Shown here: piece after piece, positions 1 to 8,680 of the stretch
Numbering within the stretch: the stretch's first letter is position 1
Layout: every line of letters begins with the position of its first letter
Origin: Flavobacteriales bacterium
GTDB taxonomy: Bacteria; Bacteroidota; Bacteroidia; Flavobacteriales_F; PHOS-HE28
Length of the DNA: 64,000 nucleotides
Direction of reading: 5' to 3'
NCBI GenBank assembly: GCA_016788485.1
Contig: JAEUSV010000120.1
Span: 53,744-117,743, forward strand
Notes under the pieces: generated by a model
Seen by the model: the letters and a program-made list of their open reading frames with translations, nothing else
What the model was told of the DNA's origin: nothing
The model's database searches: none
Translations under genes and position numbers: made by a program

Positions 1-211
1 TGATGTTCTGGGTCGCGGCGCCGGTGCTCCAGAGGTAGTTCGACCAGCCGGGAGGGCCGAACAGGGTGGTGGTCTGGCCTTGGCAGATCGTCACGTCCGG
101 CCCGACGCTGATGGAACAGCCCGATTGGGCCGTGATGCCGCTGGCCCACCCCAACAGGGGCAGGATCAGGAGCTTCCTCCAGGTGAAGAAGGTATCGGTG
201 CGCAGGGGCAT
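1..211 (-). CDS. N-terminal fragment of a secreted protein; the gene continues past the window start
   Basis: The reverse complement of 1-211 reads MPLRTDTFFTWRKLLILPLLGWASGITAQSGCSISVGPDVTICQGQTTTLFGPPGWSNYLWSTGAATQNI. This is a signal-peptide-like N-terminus followed by a Cys-framed YLWSxGxTxQ motif that also occurs in the two T9SS cargo genes at 9959-14014. It has no stop in the window and so is absent from the ORF track. Confidence 0.35.
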   Translation of the reverse strand, partial: MPLRTDTFFTWRKLLILPLLGWASGITAQSGCSISVGPDVTICQGQTTTLFGPPGWSNYLWSTGAATQNI

Positions 212-286
212 GCGGTCGATCGGCGCAGTGCGTGCAAAGATCGCACCGAACCGCCTATGGCAGAGCAGGTTATCGTTAGGGGATCT

Positions 287-943
287 TCACCGGGCGATGA
301 ACACCGCGTTGGTTCCTTCCAACACTAGACGCTCCAACCGGTCGAATCGTTCCCTGAGGCCCCGTTCGATGCGGTCCACAAGCTCCTCTTGGGCACCTGC
401 CAAAGGCATGGTGTTGAACACCAGGGACCCGCCCGAACGGGTGGCCGAACGCAAGAGGTCGAGCGCGGAACGCGCCCCCAGCCAAGCAGGTACACGGTCG
501 TCCTCGAAGAGGTCCACCACCACCAGGTCGGCGGGCGGCGGGGCCGAAGCGAGCCAGGCCTCCGCATCGGCCTCCACGACCGTGAGGTCACGGTGCCTTC
601 CCAGCCCGAAATGCTCCCGGCCCCAGCGCAACATCAGCGGCTCGCGTTCCACACCGGTGATCGGGCCGTGGTGCCCGAGCTCGTCGCGGAGCACGTCGAC
701 CGCGCTGCCGGCGCCCAGCCCCAGGACCACCACGTGTTGCGGCAATGGTCCCCCGGCCATGGCAGTTCGCAGCGCCACGCGCATGATGCGGTGCAGGCTT
801 CCCTGGCTCTGGTTGGCGTTGGGGCTGTTCACCACGTAGCGGCCTCGCTCCAATGTCAGCTCCAAGGGACCGTGCAAGCCCATGCCCTCGGCGATGGGGA
901 TGGGGTGGAGGTGGCTGAGCAGACGCTGCGACCAATGGGCCAT
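287..943 (-). CDS. spermidine-synthase-like class I SAM-dependent methyltransferase
   Basis: This 218-aa ORF contains a VVVLGLGAGSAVDVL glycine-rich nucleotide/SAM-binding loop and the DLVVVDLFEDD motif typical of SpeE-like proteins. Its codon usage is coherent with the neighbouring genes. Confidence 0.5.
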   Translation of the reverse strand: MAHWSQRLLSHLHPIPIAEGMGLHGPLELTLERGRYVVNSPNANQSQGSLHRIMRVALRTAMAGGPLPQHVVVLGLGAGSAVDVLRDELGHHGPITGVEREPLMLRWGREHFGLGRHRDLTVVEADAEAWLASAPPPADLVVVDLFEDDRVPAWLGARSALDLLRSATRSGGSLVFNTMPLAGAQEELVDRIERGLRERFDRLERLVLEGTNAVFIAR

Positions 944-990
944 GCCGCAAAGTAGGCCGAACAGCCCCCGTACCTTCGCGCCCCTTTTCC

Positions 991-2034
991 ATGGCGCTCT
1001 CCTCCATCACCCGGTACAAGCTCCGCAAGGTGCTCAAGTACACCCTGGTCACGGTCGCCGTGGCCTGGGTGCTCACGCTGTTCAGCGGTGATGCGGTGCG
1101 CGGCTGGCTCGGCGCCTGGGCCTTGCTGGGCCTGTGGACCGGCGTGCTCGAGGAGTTCCTGTTCGGGCGTCGCTACCGGTCGCTGGCCGTTCCGCTGCAG
1201 TTCTTGGGCAAGGCGCTCGCGGTGAACGCGCTCACCATCGCCCTGGTGGCCCTTGCCTTCGCGTTCGATCGGGAGCAGAACCTGCCGCTGCGCTCCGAAG
1301 GTGCGTTCACCCCGTCGGAGATGCTCGCCATGTCTCAGTTCTACCGCTTGATCCTGCGGGTGGCGGTGGTCACCAGCGTGGCCATCCTCATCGTGCAGGT
1401 GGAGGAGCTCATCGGGCGCCGCCTCTTCCTGGGCATCGTGCTGGGGCGCTACGAGCGGCCGCTCGCCGAGCAACGCATCGTGCTGTCCATGGACCTGGTG
1501 GGAAGCACGGCCCTCGCGGAGCGCATGGGCGACCTGCGCTACTTCCGCTTCCTCAACACCACCTACTCGCTGATGACCGATGCCCTGCTCCGGAACGAGG
1601 CCGAGATCCACAAGTACGTGGGCGACGAGGTGATCTTCACCTGGCCGATGGAAGTGGGCTTGTCGCAGGGCAACTGCCTCGACCTCTATTTCGACATCAC
1701 CGAACGCATCGCCGCCCATGCGGAGGAGCTCCAGCAGGAGTTCGGTGCGGTGCCCCAGTTCCGCGGTGCCCTGCACGGTGGGCGCGTGATCGTGGCGCAG
1801 ATCGGCCACATCAAGCGGGCCGTTGACTTCAACGGGGACGTGATGAACAGCGTGTCGCGGATGCTCGGCGTGTGCAAGGACCTGAAGGAGGACCTGGTGG
1901 TGAGCGCCGAGATGTACGCCCGGTTCACCGCCTCGCGCGAGCGTTTCCGATTCGGGGCCGAGCGTACCATGCCCGTGAAAGGCCGCAAGCGCGAGGTGCG
2001 TGTGCACAGCGTGGAGCGCGTGGCCAAGGCCTGA
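991..2034 (+). CDS. membrane-anchored class III adenylate/guanylate cyclase
   Basis: The 347-aa ORF has an N-terminal hydrophobic multi-TM region followed by a cyclase homology domain. The domain is recognisable by SMDLVGSTALAE...YVGDEVIFTWP...GALHGGRVIVAQIG...NGDVMNSVSRM. Confidence 0.75.
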   Translation: MALSSITRYKLRKVLKYTLVTVAVAWVLTLFSGDAVRGWLGAWALLGLWTGVLEEFLFGRRYRSLAVPLQFLGKALAVNALTIALVALAFAFDREQNLPLRSEGAFTPSEMLAMSQFYRLILRVAVVTSVAILIVQVEELIGRRLFLGIVLGRYERPLAEQRIVLSMDLVGSTALAERMGDLRYFRFLNTTYSLMTDALLRNEAEIHKYVGDEVIFTWPMEVGLSQGNCLDLYFDITERIAAHAEELQQEFGAVPQFRGALHGGRVIVAQIGHIKRAVDFNGDVMNSVSRMLGVCKDLKEDLVVSAEMYARFTASRERFRFGAERTMPVKGRKREVRVHSVERVAKA

Positions 2035-2049
2035 TCGTAGTTTCGTGCC

Positions 2050-3141
2050 ATGCACCGGTCATTGGCCGCATCGACGCTGCTCATCGCCCTCTCGGCGGCA
2101 GGTCAGGCGCCGGCGCCGTTCACCACCCCCGGCGGGCGCCTCATGCTCTTCGATGCGGGACGCTTCCTCGAGGTGGATCCGCGTGAGCCCCGGCAGCTGG
2201 CCATGGCCCGTGACGTGGTGCTCTTCGTTGACCCCGCGAACGTGCTGCACGCCGCGGAGCAGGGACAGGTGCGGCACCTGGACGAGGGGCCTGCGATCCA
2301 GCTGGTGGGCCATGGCGATGCGCAGGCCTGGCGGAATGAAGGCGCATTGAAGGTGCTCCACAGGGGCGAGCCTGTCACACTGACGTCGGACGTGGGCGCC
2401 ATGACGGTGACGGACAGCATGCTCGCGTTCCACGACCGGACTGATAGGGCTTTGCGTGCATGGTGGAAGGACCGGTTGATGGATGTGACCGGGCTCGACA
2501 GCACCGGAGCGAAGGCACCATGGGCACAGGGGAGCAACACCTTGGTGTACCACGACCCCGCTGCGGAGAAGGTCATCCTCTTCCATCGGGGCATGAAGCA
2601 GGTGCTCTTCGACAGCACCAACATGGCGCTCGCAGAGCCCGGCGGCGACCTGGTGGCCTATTGGGACGATCGCCGCGCAACGTTCCGCGTGTGGGACCGG
2701 GGGCAACGGCACGACCTTGAGCCCATGCGCCCGCAGGCCTTCAAGGCCGGCGATGGACTGGTGGCCTATGTCTCGGCGGGCGGTTCGCTGAAAGTGTACC
2801 GGGATGGTCGGGTACTACCGCTCCTCGATCATGCACCGACCGAGCATTGGGTGCGCGACAGCCTGCTCGTGGTGGTGGATGCCGGAAGGACCTGGGTGGA
2901 GCACGATGGACGGCTGGTGGAGCTCGAACCTTACGTGCCGGAGCGTTGGGAGGTGCGCGATGGCACCATCACCTACCTCGACCTGGACAGAGGGGTCCGT
3001 CAATGGCGTGCCGGCGAGCGGACCGAGCTCGCCAAGGGCATGGCCACCGACCGGTTCGAGGTGTGGGGCGAGGTGGTCGTGTGGACCGGCACCGATGGCG
3101 TGGTGCGCTGTTGGTGGCGCGGTCGTACCTACGAATTCTGA
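2050..3141 (+). CDS. secreted hypothetical protein with internal W/D/R-rich beta-hairpin-like repeats
   Basis: The 363-aa ORF begins with a signal peptide (MHRSLAASTLLIALSAAGQA). It contains repeated ~40-aa units such as GDLVAYWDDRRATFRVWDRG, GDGLVAYVSAGGSLKVYRDGRV and VWGEVVVWTGTDGVVRCWWRGR. It starts 16 nt after the upstream cyclase on the same strand. Confidence 0.55.
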   Translation: MHRSLAASTLLIALSAAGQAPAPFTTPGGRLMLFDAGRFLEVDPREPRQLAMARDVVLFVDPANVLHAAEQGQVRHLDEGPAIQLVGHGDAQAWRNEGALKVLHRGEPVTLTSDVGAMTVTDSMLAFHDRTDRALRAWWKDRLMDVTGLDSTGAKAPWAQGSNTLVYHDPAAEKVILFHRGMKQVLFDSTNMALAEPGGDLVAYWDDRRATFRVWDRGQRHDLEPMRPQAFKAGDGLVAYVSAGGSLKVYRDGRVLPLLDHAPTEHWVRDSLLVVVDAGRTWVEHDGRLVELEPYVPERWEVRDGTITYLDLDRGVRQWRAGERTELAKGMATDRFEVWGEVVVWTGTDGVVRCWWRGRTYEF

Positions 3142-4211
3142 GCGGCGCGGTCCTCGCCCTTGAGCCCGATCGTCCACAGGCTCACCTCGTTCCGTTTCCC
3201 TTTCAGCGGGATCTCGCCGATGTGGCGCGTGGTATACAGGTGCTCGGGCAGGCGCAGCAGGTCGAGTAGGTCCTTGCTCACCAGGTTGTCGACCCCGTGG
3301 TCGTTGCAGCTGTTCTGGATGCGGGCGGCGGTGTTCACCACGTCGCCGGAGAAGATGGTCTCCTTCTTCACCAGGCCCACTTCGCCCGTGGTGACCTCCC
3401 CATAATGGAATCCTGCCTTGAACTGGGGCACGAGGCCGTAGCGCTCCTGGTAGTAGGCCGCGCGCTGTCCGAGCTTGCGGCGGATGTCGAAGAAGCAGCG
3501 GATGCAGCGCTGCTGGCGGATCCCCTTGTGCAGCGGCCAGCTCACGCTCACCTCATCGCCCACGTACTGGTACACCTCACCCTCCGAGTACACCACCGGG
3601 TCGGTGATGTCGGAGACCACGTCGTTGAGCAGCTCGAAGTAGCGCACGTGCCCGATGCGTTCGGCGATGGTGGTGCTGGAGCGCATGTCGAGGAACATGA
3701 AGATGCGGAGCTCCTGGCGCGGCTTGTAGTAACGGCCCAGGAGGAAGCCCACGCCGCCGCTGCCGTACTGGTCGTTCAAACGCACCATCAGCATGGTGCC
3801 GCCCATCATCAGGGTGTAGTAGAGGAACTGCCCGAGCTGGGTGAGGGAGAAGGCGCGCTGCGCGATCCCCTGGGCCACATCGCCGCCGACGGAGAGCGCA
3901 GGGAGCACGGCGTGCGTGAAGACCACCACGGGAAGCACCAGGCCGGCCATGATGGCGAAGGCCTGCAGGAAGGGGAGGACCCGCAGTCGGTCGCGGAGCA
4001 GGAAGATGTAGATGCCACCGCCGAAAAGGCCACCGAAAAGCCCGCGCCAGAAGTACGCGTTCACCTCGTCCTCCAGGGGCAGGTGCAGCCCGTTCGCGGT
4101 GAGCACGTTGTTCTCCAGCACCGCGGCCACCAGCCCCGCGGCCACCCAGACGATGGTGATCCGCAGGGTGCGCCTGGCGCGCCTCCGGTACTTCTCGATG
4201 GGGGTGGGCAT
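3129..4211 (-). CDS. membrane-anchored class III adenylate/guanylate cyclase, paralog of 991-2034
   Basis: The 360-aa ORF has an N-terminal TM region followed by FLDMRSSTTIAE...YVGDEVSVSWP...GFHYGEVTTGEVG...SGDVVNTAARI. It is about 35-40% identical to the first cyclase by eye. It converges on the 2050-3141 gene with a 13-nt overlap. Confidence 0.75.
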   Translation of the reverse strand: MPTPIEKYRRRARRTLRITIVWVAAGLVAAVLENNVLTANGLHLPLEDEVNAYFWRGLFGGLFGGGIYIFLLRDRLRVLPFLQAFAIMAGLVLPVVVFTHAVLPALSVGGDVAQGIAQRAFSLTQLGQFLYYTLMMGGTMLMVRLNDQYGSGGVGFLLGRYYKPRQELRIFMFLDMRSSTTIAERIGHVRYFELLNDVVSDITDPVVYSEGEVYQYVGDEVSVSWPLHKGIRQQRCIRCFFDIRRKLGQRAAYYQERYGLVPQFKAGFHYGEVTTGEVGLVKKETIFSGDVVNTAARIQNSCNDHGVDNLVSKDLLDLLRLPEHLYTTRHIGEIPLKGKRNEVSLWTIGLKGEDRAAQNS

Positions 4212-4235
4212 GCGGGGCGCGAAGATAACCGGCGT

Positions 4236-4589
4236 TCAGGCGGCACTTCCCCGGCCGCGGCGCGGACGCACGATGCCGTAGTACCAGGCCACGCAGCCCA
4301 GCCCCAACGCGAAGAAGACCGTGGCCAGCGGCCGTGTGGTGTCGTTGGCGAAGAACTCGCCCAGCATCCAGGTGGAGTTGGCCAGGATCCAGAACACCAC
4401 GGCCAGGCTGTGCAGCAGCTCGCCGATCTCGTCGCGGCTGCGCCAGGCGATCCAGATGGCCATGAGCACCGTGGGCACGATGAGCAGGGTGCCCAACAGG
4501 CGCAGGTCCTGCACCCAGCACAGGTCCTTGAAGAGCCAGAGCACGATGTGGAAGTTCTCGGTCGCGCGAAGGGAGGGGATCCGGGTCAT
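4236..4589 (-). CDS. small polytopic membrane protein, probably co-transcribed with the downstream cyclase
   Basis: The 117-aa ORF has three to four hydrophobic segments. It lies on the same strand as the cyclase, 25 nt upstream of its start. Confidence 0.45.
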   Translation of the reverse strand: MTRIPSLRATENFHIVLWLFKDLCWVQDLRLLGTLLIVPTVLMAIWIAWRSRDEIGELLHSLAVVFWILANSTWMLGEFFANDTTRPLATVFFALGLGCVAWYYGIVRPRRGRGSAA

Positions 4590-4650
4590 GCGTCGTCGGT
4601 TCGGTGCGAAGGTCGCACGGCGCGGGCCACTCTTTCACGAACTTTGGCGT

Positions 4651-5283
4651 ATGCGCTCCGCGCTGCGCCCCCTGCTCCTCGCCGCCCTGGCCTTCCTCCT
4701 GCATGCGGCAGTGCAGGGACAGAAGGTGCCGCAACGGTTCTATGTGAAACTGAGCGGGGTGGTCACCGATCACTTCTCCGGCGATCCGATCAAGGGGGCG
4801 CTCGTGCGCCTGCTCAAGGCGGGGAAGGTGGAGGCGGAAGTGGTGACACGCGGTGATGGACGATACAGCCTTGAGCTCGACCGCGGATGGCGCTATTCAG
4901 TGTGGTATAGCGCCGAAGGCCTGGTCACCAAGCACGTGAACGTCGACACGGAGGAGGTGCCACCCTATCCGGATGTCCCGTTCTACGAGATGGACGTGCA
5001 GATCGCCCTGTTCCCATGGATCGAGGGTTTCGACTTCAGCCCGTTCGACCAGCCCCTGGGCGAGGCCTCGTACAAGCAGAGCGTGCGCAACCTGAGCTGG
5101 GATGTGGAGTACACCGAGCAGCTGCGCCCCAAGCTGGCGCATGCGATGGACGAGTACGAGAAGACCTACAGCGGCTACTACAAGCGGCGCGCAGGACGCA
5201 GACCGGTGAAGCGGACCTTCGAACGGCCCGATGCCGATACCACCAAGGCCGCGCCGCTGGACGCCCTTCCGCAGGAGCCATGA
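4651..5283 (+). CDS. secreted protein, paralog A of a four-member family: CarbopepD_reg-like beta-sandwich plus a conserved C-terminal SWD-Y module
   Basis: The start was re-picked at MRSALRPLLLAALAFLLHAAVQG, a signal peptide. The N-terminal part (VKLSGVVTD...GDPIKGALVRL...GRYSLELD) resembles a carboxypeptidase-regulatory-like domain. The C-terminal part carries GLVTKHVNVDT...LFP...FDFSPFDQPLGEASY...LSWDVEYTEQLRPKLAHAM. Confidence 0.65.
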   Translation: MRSALRPLLLAALAFLLHAAVQGQKVPQRFYVKLSGVVTDHFSGDPIKGALVRLLKAGKVEAEVVTRGDGRYSLELDRGWRYSVWYSAEGLVTKHVNVDTEEVPPYPDVPFYEMDVQIALFPWIEGFDFSPFDQPLGEASYKQSVRNLSWDVEYTEQLRPKLAHAMDEYEKTYSGYYKRRAGRRPVKRTFERPDADTTKAAPLDALPQEP

Positions 5284-5801
5284 GGATGCTGATCGTCCTG
5301 TTGGCCCTGTTGACGGCCCCTGTATCCTCCTTCGCCCAGGAGTTGAAGGATGATGTGCTCGTGTATGGCCAGGTGAAGCGGCTGGCCGATCGCGCTCCCC
5401 TGGAAGGCGCCTGGATCGTTGTCCAGCGCGATGGCGTGAAAGTGGCCCAGCTGGTGACCGACAGCGCGGGCCGGTACGAGATCCACCTGGACTATGACGC
5501 TGTGTACCGCCTCTACTACATGCAGGGCGGCATGGTCACGAAGAACGTCACCATCGACCTCAACGGGATCCCCGTTCCGGAGCGGTACGGCGGGCATGGC
5601 ATGAGCATCGACGTGACCCTGTTCCAGGCCTACCCCTGCCTCGACGTGAGCGCCCTGGAGGAGCCCATCGGCAAGGCGCGGTACGAGCCGGCCGACAGCA
5701 CGGTCAGCTGGGACATCGGCTACACGGAGTCGGTGCGGAGCAGGATCGCCGATGCCATGCGCCGGCACGACAGCCTGCGGGTGGCGGGCGGTTGCCCTTA
5801 G
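5280..5801 (+). CDS. secreted protein, paralog B of the same family
   Basis: Its ATG overlaps the TGA of paralog A in an ATGA arrangement. It has a signal peptide (MRMLIVLLALLTAPVSSFA) and the same module order (GMVTKNVTID...LFQAYPCLDVSALEEPIGKARY...VSWDIGYTESVRSRIADAM). Confidence 0.65.
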   Translation: MRMLIVLLALLTAPVSSFAQELKDDVLVYGQVKRLADRAPLEGAWIVVQRDGVKVAQLVTDSAGRYEIHLDYDAVYRLYYMQGGMVTKNVTIDLNGIPVPERYGGHGMSIDVTLFQAYPCLDVSALEEPIGKARYEPADSTVSWDIGYTESVRSRIADAMRRHDSLRVAGGCP

Positions 5802-6628
5802 TGCCGAAGGCGTTCCACGAGCCTCACGGCCTCGGCCGCCTCCTTCACATCGTGCACGCGCAGCACGGCCGCCCCGTTCAGCAGGGCGACGGTGTTGAGC
5901 ACGGTGGTGCCGTTGAGCGCATCGGCCGCGGTGATGCCGAGCACCTCGTTGATCATGCGCTTGCGCGAAACGCCCACCAGCACCGGCGCGCCCAGCGCTG
6001 CGATGCGCGGCAGCTCACTTAGCAGGGCGTAGTTGTGGTCCGTGGTCTTGCCGAAGCCGAAGCCCGGGTCGAGCCATACATCGGCGATGCCCGCCGCACG
6101 GCAGGCGTTGAGGCGTTCGCTGAGGAACCGGGTCACCTCCACGGCCACATCAGTGTAATGGGGCGCCTGTTGCATGGTCGCCGGCGTGCCCTGCATGTGC
6201 ATGGCGATGTACGGTACGCCGAGCGCCGCCACGGTGCGCAGCATGTCCGTGTCCAGGAGCCCCGCACCGATGTCGTTCACCAACCCCGCGCCGGCCTCCA
6301 CGGCCGCACGCGCCACCACCGCGCGCCAGGTGTCCACGCTGATGAGCGCGTCGGGAAAGCGGGCATGCACCGCAGCGATCACCGGTACCACGCGCCGCAG
6401 CTCTTCCGAGGCATCCACTTCGCTCGAGCCGGGGCGTGAACTGGCGCCGCCGATGTCGAGCACCGAGGCACCCCCGGCCAGCATTCGTTCCGCCAGCCGC
6501 AACGCGACGTCCACATCCACCCTGCTCGCGCCATGGAAGGAATCGGGTGTGGCGTTGAGGATGCCCATCACCAGCGGTGCATGCAGCTCCACGAGGCGGT
6601 CCTTGATGCGCAGGGTGAGGGTGTCCAT
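5798..6628 (-). CDS. folP: dihydropteroate synthase
   Basis: The 276-aa ORF has a full-length pterin-binding domain. It is recognisable by MGILNATPDSFHGASR...LDIGGASSRPG...GVPYIAMHMQGTP...DPGFGFGKT. Confidence 0.9.
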   Translation of the reverse strand: MDTLTLRIKDRLVELHAPLVMGILNATPDSFHGASRVDVDVALRLAERMLAGGASVLDIGGASSRPGSSEVDASEELRRVVPVIAAVHARFPDALISVDTWRAVVARAAVEAGAGLVNDIGAGLLDTDMLRTVAALGVPYIAMHMQGTPATMQQAPHYTDVAVEVTRFLSERLNACRAAGIADVWLDPGFGFGKTTDHNYALLSELPRIAALGAPVLVGVSRKRMINEVLGITAADALNGTTVLNTVALLNGAAVLRVHDVKEAAEAVRLVERLRH

Positions 6629-6652
6629 GGTGCGGAACGCGAAATTCGCACA

Positions 6653-8113
6653 ATGCTCCGGTTACGGCATTTCCTGTTCGCATTCCTGCTCGTGTACGCA
6701 TCCACATGTGAGGCGGTCGAGGTGGCGGGCTTTGTGCGTGATGGCATCACTGGTCTGCCACTGCGCGGTGCCATCGTTACGCTGGAGGGGGCAGGCACCG
6801 CTTCGAAGCAACAGGTCACACGCATCGACGGCTTCTATAGCTTCGACGTGCGGGCAGGTCAGCGCGTTGTGATCCGGTTCGCGGCCGACGGTCGGAACGG
6901 GCGTTATGTGGTCTTCGACGCCATGGCGGTCCCCAGGGAGTGGAACGATGCCCTCGTGAACGAACTGCACATTCGGCTGTTCCCGCCCATGGAAGGGGTG
7001 GATAGCGCAATCCTTGCAGCGCCTGCGGCCAGCTTCGCGTGGAACGAGGAGAAGGAGGCGGTACTGTGGGACACGGCTGGTGCCGATGCGCTCGCGGAGC
7101 GATGGAAGGCGATCGCGGAGGATCACCTTGCCCGGCATCCGGAGGACCGACCCACTACCGTGGAACGCTGTACGGCCGAAGTGTTCGATCGCATCGCCGA
7201 GGAGCGGTCCCATGCCAACAAGTGGCTCGTGGCAGCGGCGTTCGCGCTGGCCTGGGCGCTGTACGTGCTGCTCGACCGGCTGGTGCGCAAGCTGGCCATG
7301 CGGGCACGGCTTGCGGTCCTGGCGGCATTCCTGGCAGGTTCCATCGCGCTGATCATCGACCTGGCCTCCGTGGCCGGCCCCTTGCGTTTCCTCGCCTTCT
7401 TCGGCCTCCTGGCCGCGCTGGTCTCCGGGGGGCGGCTGGCGCTAGGTCTGCTATTGGGCACCGATGGAAGGACGGATCCGGATGTAGGTGCAGAGCTCCA
7501 CGACATGGAGGTGGCGATGCACGAGGAGGACATGCAGGAGGAGGAAGAGGACGTCGCGACCGACGCGGTCGATCACGCTTCACGGCCGGATGCACGCGCG
7601 CGGCTGCATGCCTGGGTGCCCCTGGGCGTTGCCTTGCTTGCCGGGTCGGCGCTGGTGGCCGAATGGTCGGTAGGCCTCGAGAACACCCTGCGTGTGTGGC
7701 GACTGGTGGGCGGTGGTGTGCTGCTTGGCCTGGCCATCGCGGCCCTTGTTGCCAGGGGCCGCACACCCGCGATGCTCCGCACGCGCCCCCAGGTCCTGTT
7801 CTGGAACGGCGGGGTCTGGTGGTTCGCCCTTCCCTTGCTGTGCGTGGCCGCCGCTTCGTTCGTCAACCGGTCCTTGCCGCAAGGCGAGGAGCATTGCGAC
7901 GTGTGGCCGGTGGTGGAGGTGTGGGATGGACGCAAGGGCATCCAGGTGCGCGTGGAGGTCGATGGCGAACGTGAACGTCTGGAGATGGACCGCGCGATCA
8001 AGGAGCAGCTCACGACGCTCGACAGCCTGCGATGCTGCCATCGGCGCGGTGCCCTGGGCCTCGACTTCGTCGAACGGATCGAGCCGGTGATCGCCGCCAG
8101 CGTTCCGCGTTGA
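6653..8113 (+). CDS. membrane protein whose N-terminus is paralog C of the CarbopepD_reg/SWD-Y family, followed by about 4 TM helices and a C-terminal Cys-containing domain
   Basis: The start was re-picked at MLRLRHFLFAFLLVYASTCEA. Residues ~20-160 align with paralogs A, B and D (GFVRDGITGLPLRGAIVTLEG...GFYSFDV...LFPPMEGVDSAILAAPAASFAWNEEKEAVLWDTAG). Several hydrophobic helices follow. The tail contains CDVWPVVEVWDGRKGIQVRVEVDGE and CCHRRG. Confidence 0.6.
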   Translation: MLRLRHFLFAFLLVYASTCEAVEVAGFVRDGITGLPLRGAIVTLEGAGTASKQQVTRIDGFYSFDVRAGQRVVIRFAADGRNGRYVVFDAMAVPREWNDALVNELHIRLFPPMEGVDSAILAAPAASFAWNEEKEAVLWDTAGADALAERWKAIAEDHLARHPEDRPTTVERCTAEVFDRIAEERSHANKWLVAAAFALAWALYVLLDRLVRKLAMRARLAVLAAFLAGSIALIIDLASVAGPLRFLAFFGLLAALVSGGRLALGLLLGTDGRTDPDVGAELHDMEVAMHEEDMQEEEEDVATDAVDHASRPDARARLHAWVPLGVALLAGSALVAEWSVGLENTLRVWRLVGGGVLLGLAIAALVARGRTPAMLRTRPQVLFWNGGVWWFALPLLCVAAASFVNRSLPQGEEHCDVWPVVEVWDGRKGIQVRVEVDGERERLEMDRAIKEQLTTLDSLRCCHRRGALGLDFVERIEPVIAASVPR

Positions 8114-8133
8114 GGTCGTTCCTTTGCGTTCGC

Positions 8134-8676
8134 ATGGAACGGACCCTGGAGCAATACGATGCAGTGATCGCCGAGTGCATGGCGCTCTTCTCCAAGAAGG
8201 CGCACGACTATGGCACGGCCTGGCGCATCCTGCGCGTACCCTCCCTCACGGACCAGATCCTCATCAAGGCCCAGCGCATCCGCACGCTGCAGACGGTGGG
8301 GGTGAGCAAGGTGGGCGAAGGGGTGCGTCCGGAGCTCATTGGCATCATCAACTACGCGGCCATGGCCCTTGTTCAGCTGGAACTGGGGGTGGTGGACGCG
8401 CCCGACCTCGATGCCACAGCCGCCTCGGAAAAGGTGCAGGCCGCCATGCAGCAGGCGCGCGACCTCATGCAGCGCAAGAACCACGACTACGGCGAGGCCT
8501 GGCGCAGCATGCGCGTGAGCTCGCTGGTGGACCTCATCCTCATGAAACTGCTGCGCATCAAGCAGATCGAGGACAACGCCGGCGCCACGCTGGTGAGCGA
8601 GGGCATCGATGCGAACTTCCTCGATATCGTGAACTACGGCGTGTTCGCGATGATACGCCTGGAGGAGGGGGCCTAG
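8134..8676 (+). CDS. DUF1599-family protein
   Basis: The start was re-picked at MERTLEQYD. The protein has two internal repeats of HDYG(T/E)AWR...SL(T/V)D(Q/L)IL(I/M)K..RI. From memory, DUF1599 is commonly found next to folP in Bacteroidota. Confidence 0.7.
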   Translation: MERTLEQYDAVIAECMALFSKKAHDYGTAWRILRVPSLTDQILIKAQRIRTLQTVGVSKVGEGVRPELIGIINYAAMALVQLELGVVDAPDLDATAASEKVQAAMQQARDLMQRKNHDYGEAWRSMRVSSLVDLILMKLLRIKQIEDNAGATLVSEGIDANFLDIVNYGVFAMIRLEEGA

Positions 8677-8680
8677 CGCC

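Noticed and set aside
3297-4856. 519-aa + ORF and 398-aa reverse ORF (3577-4773) overlapping the second cyclase
   Set aside because: The cyclase frame carries the conserved catalytic motifs. The alternatives are H/G/A/R-rich and span the real intergenic gap at 4212-4235 and 4590-4650.
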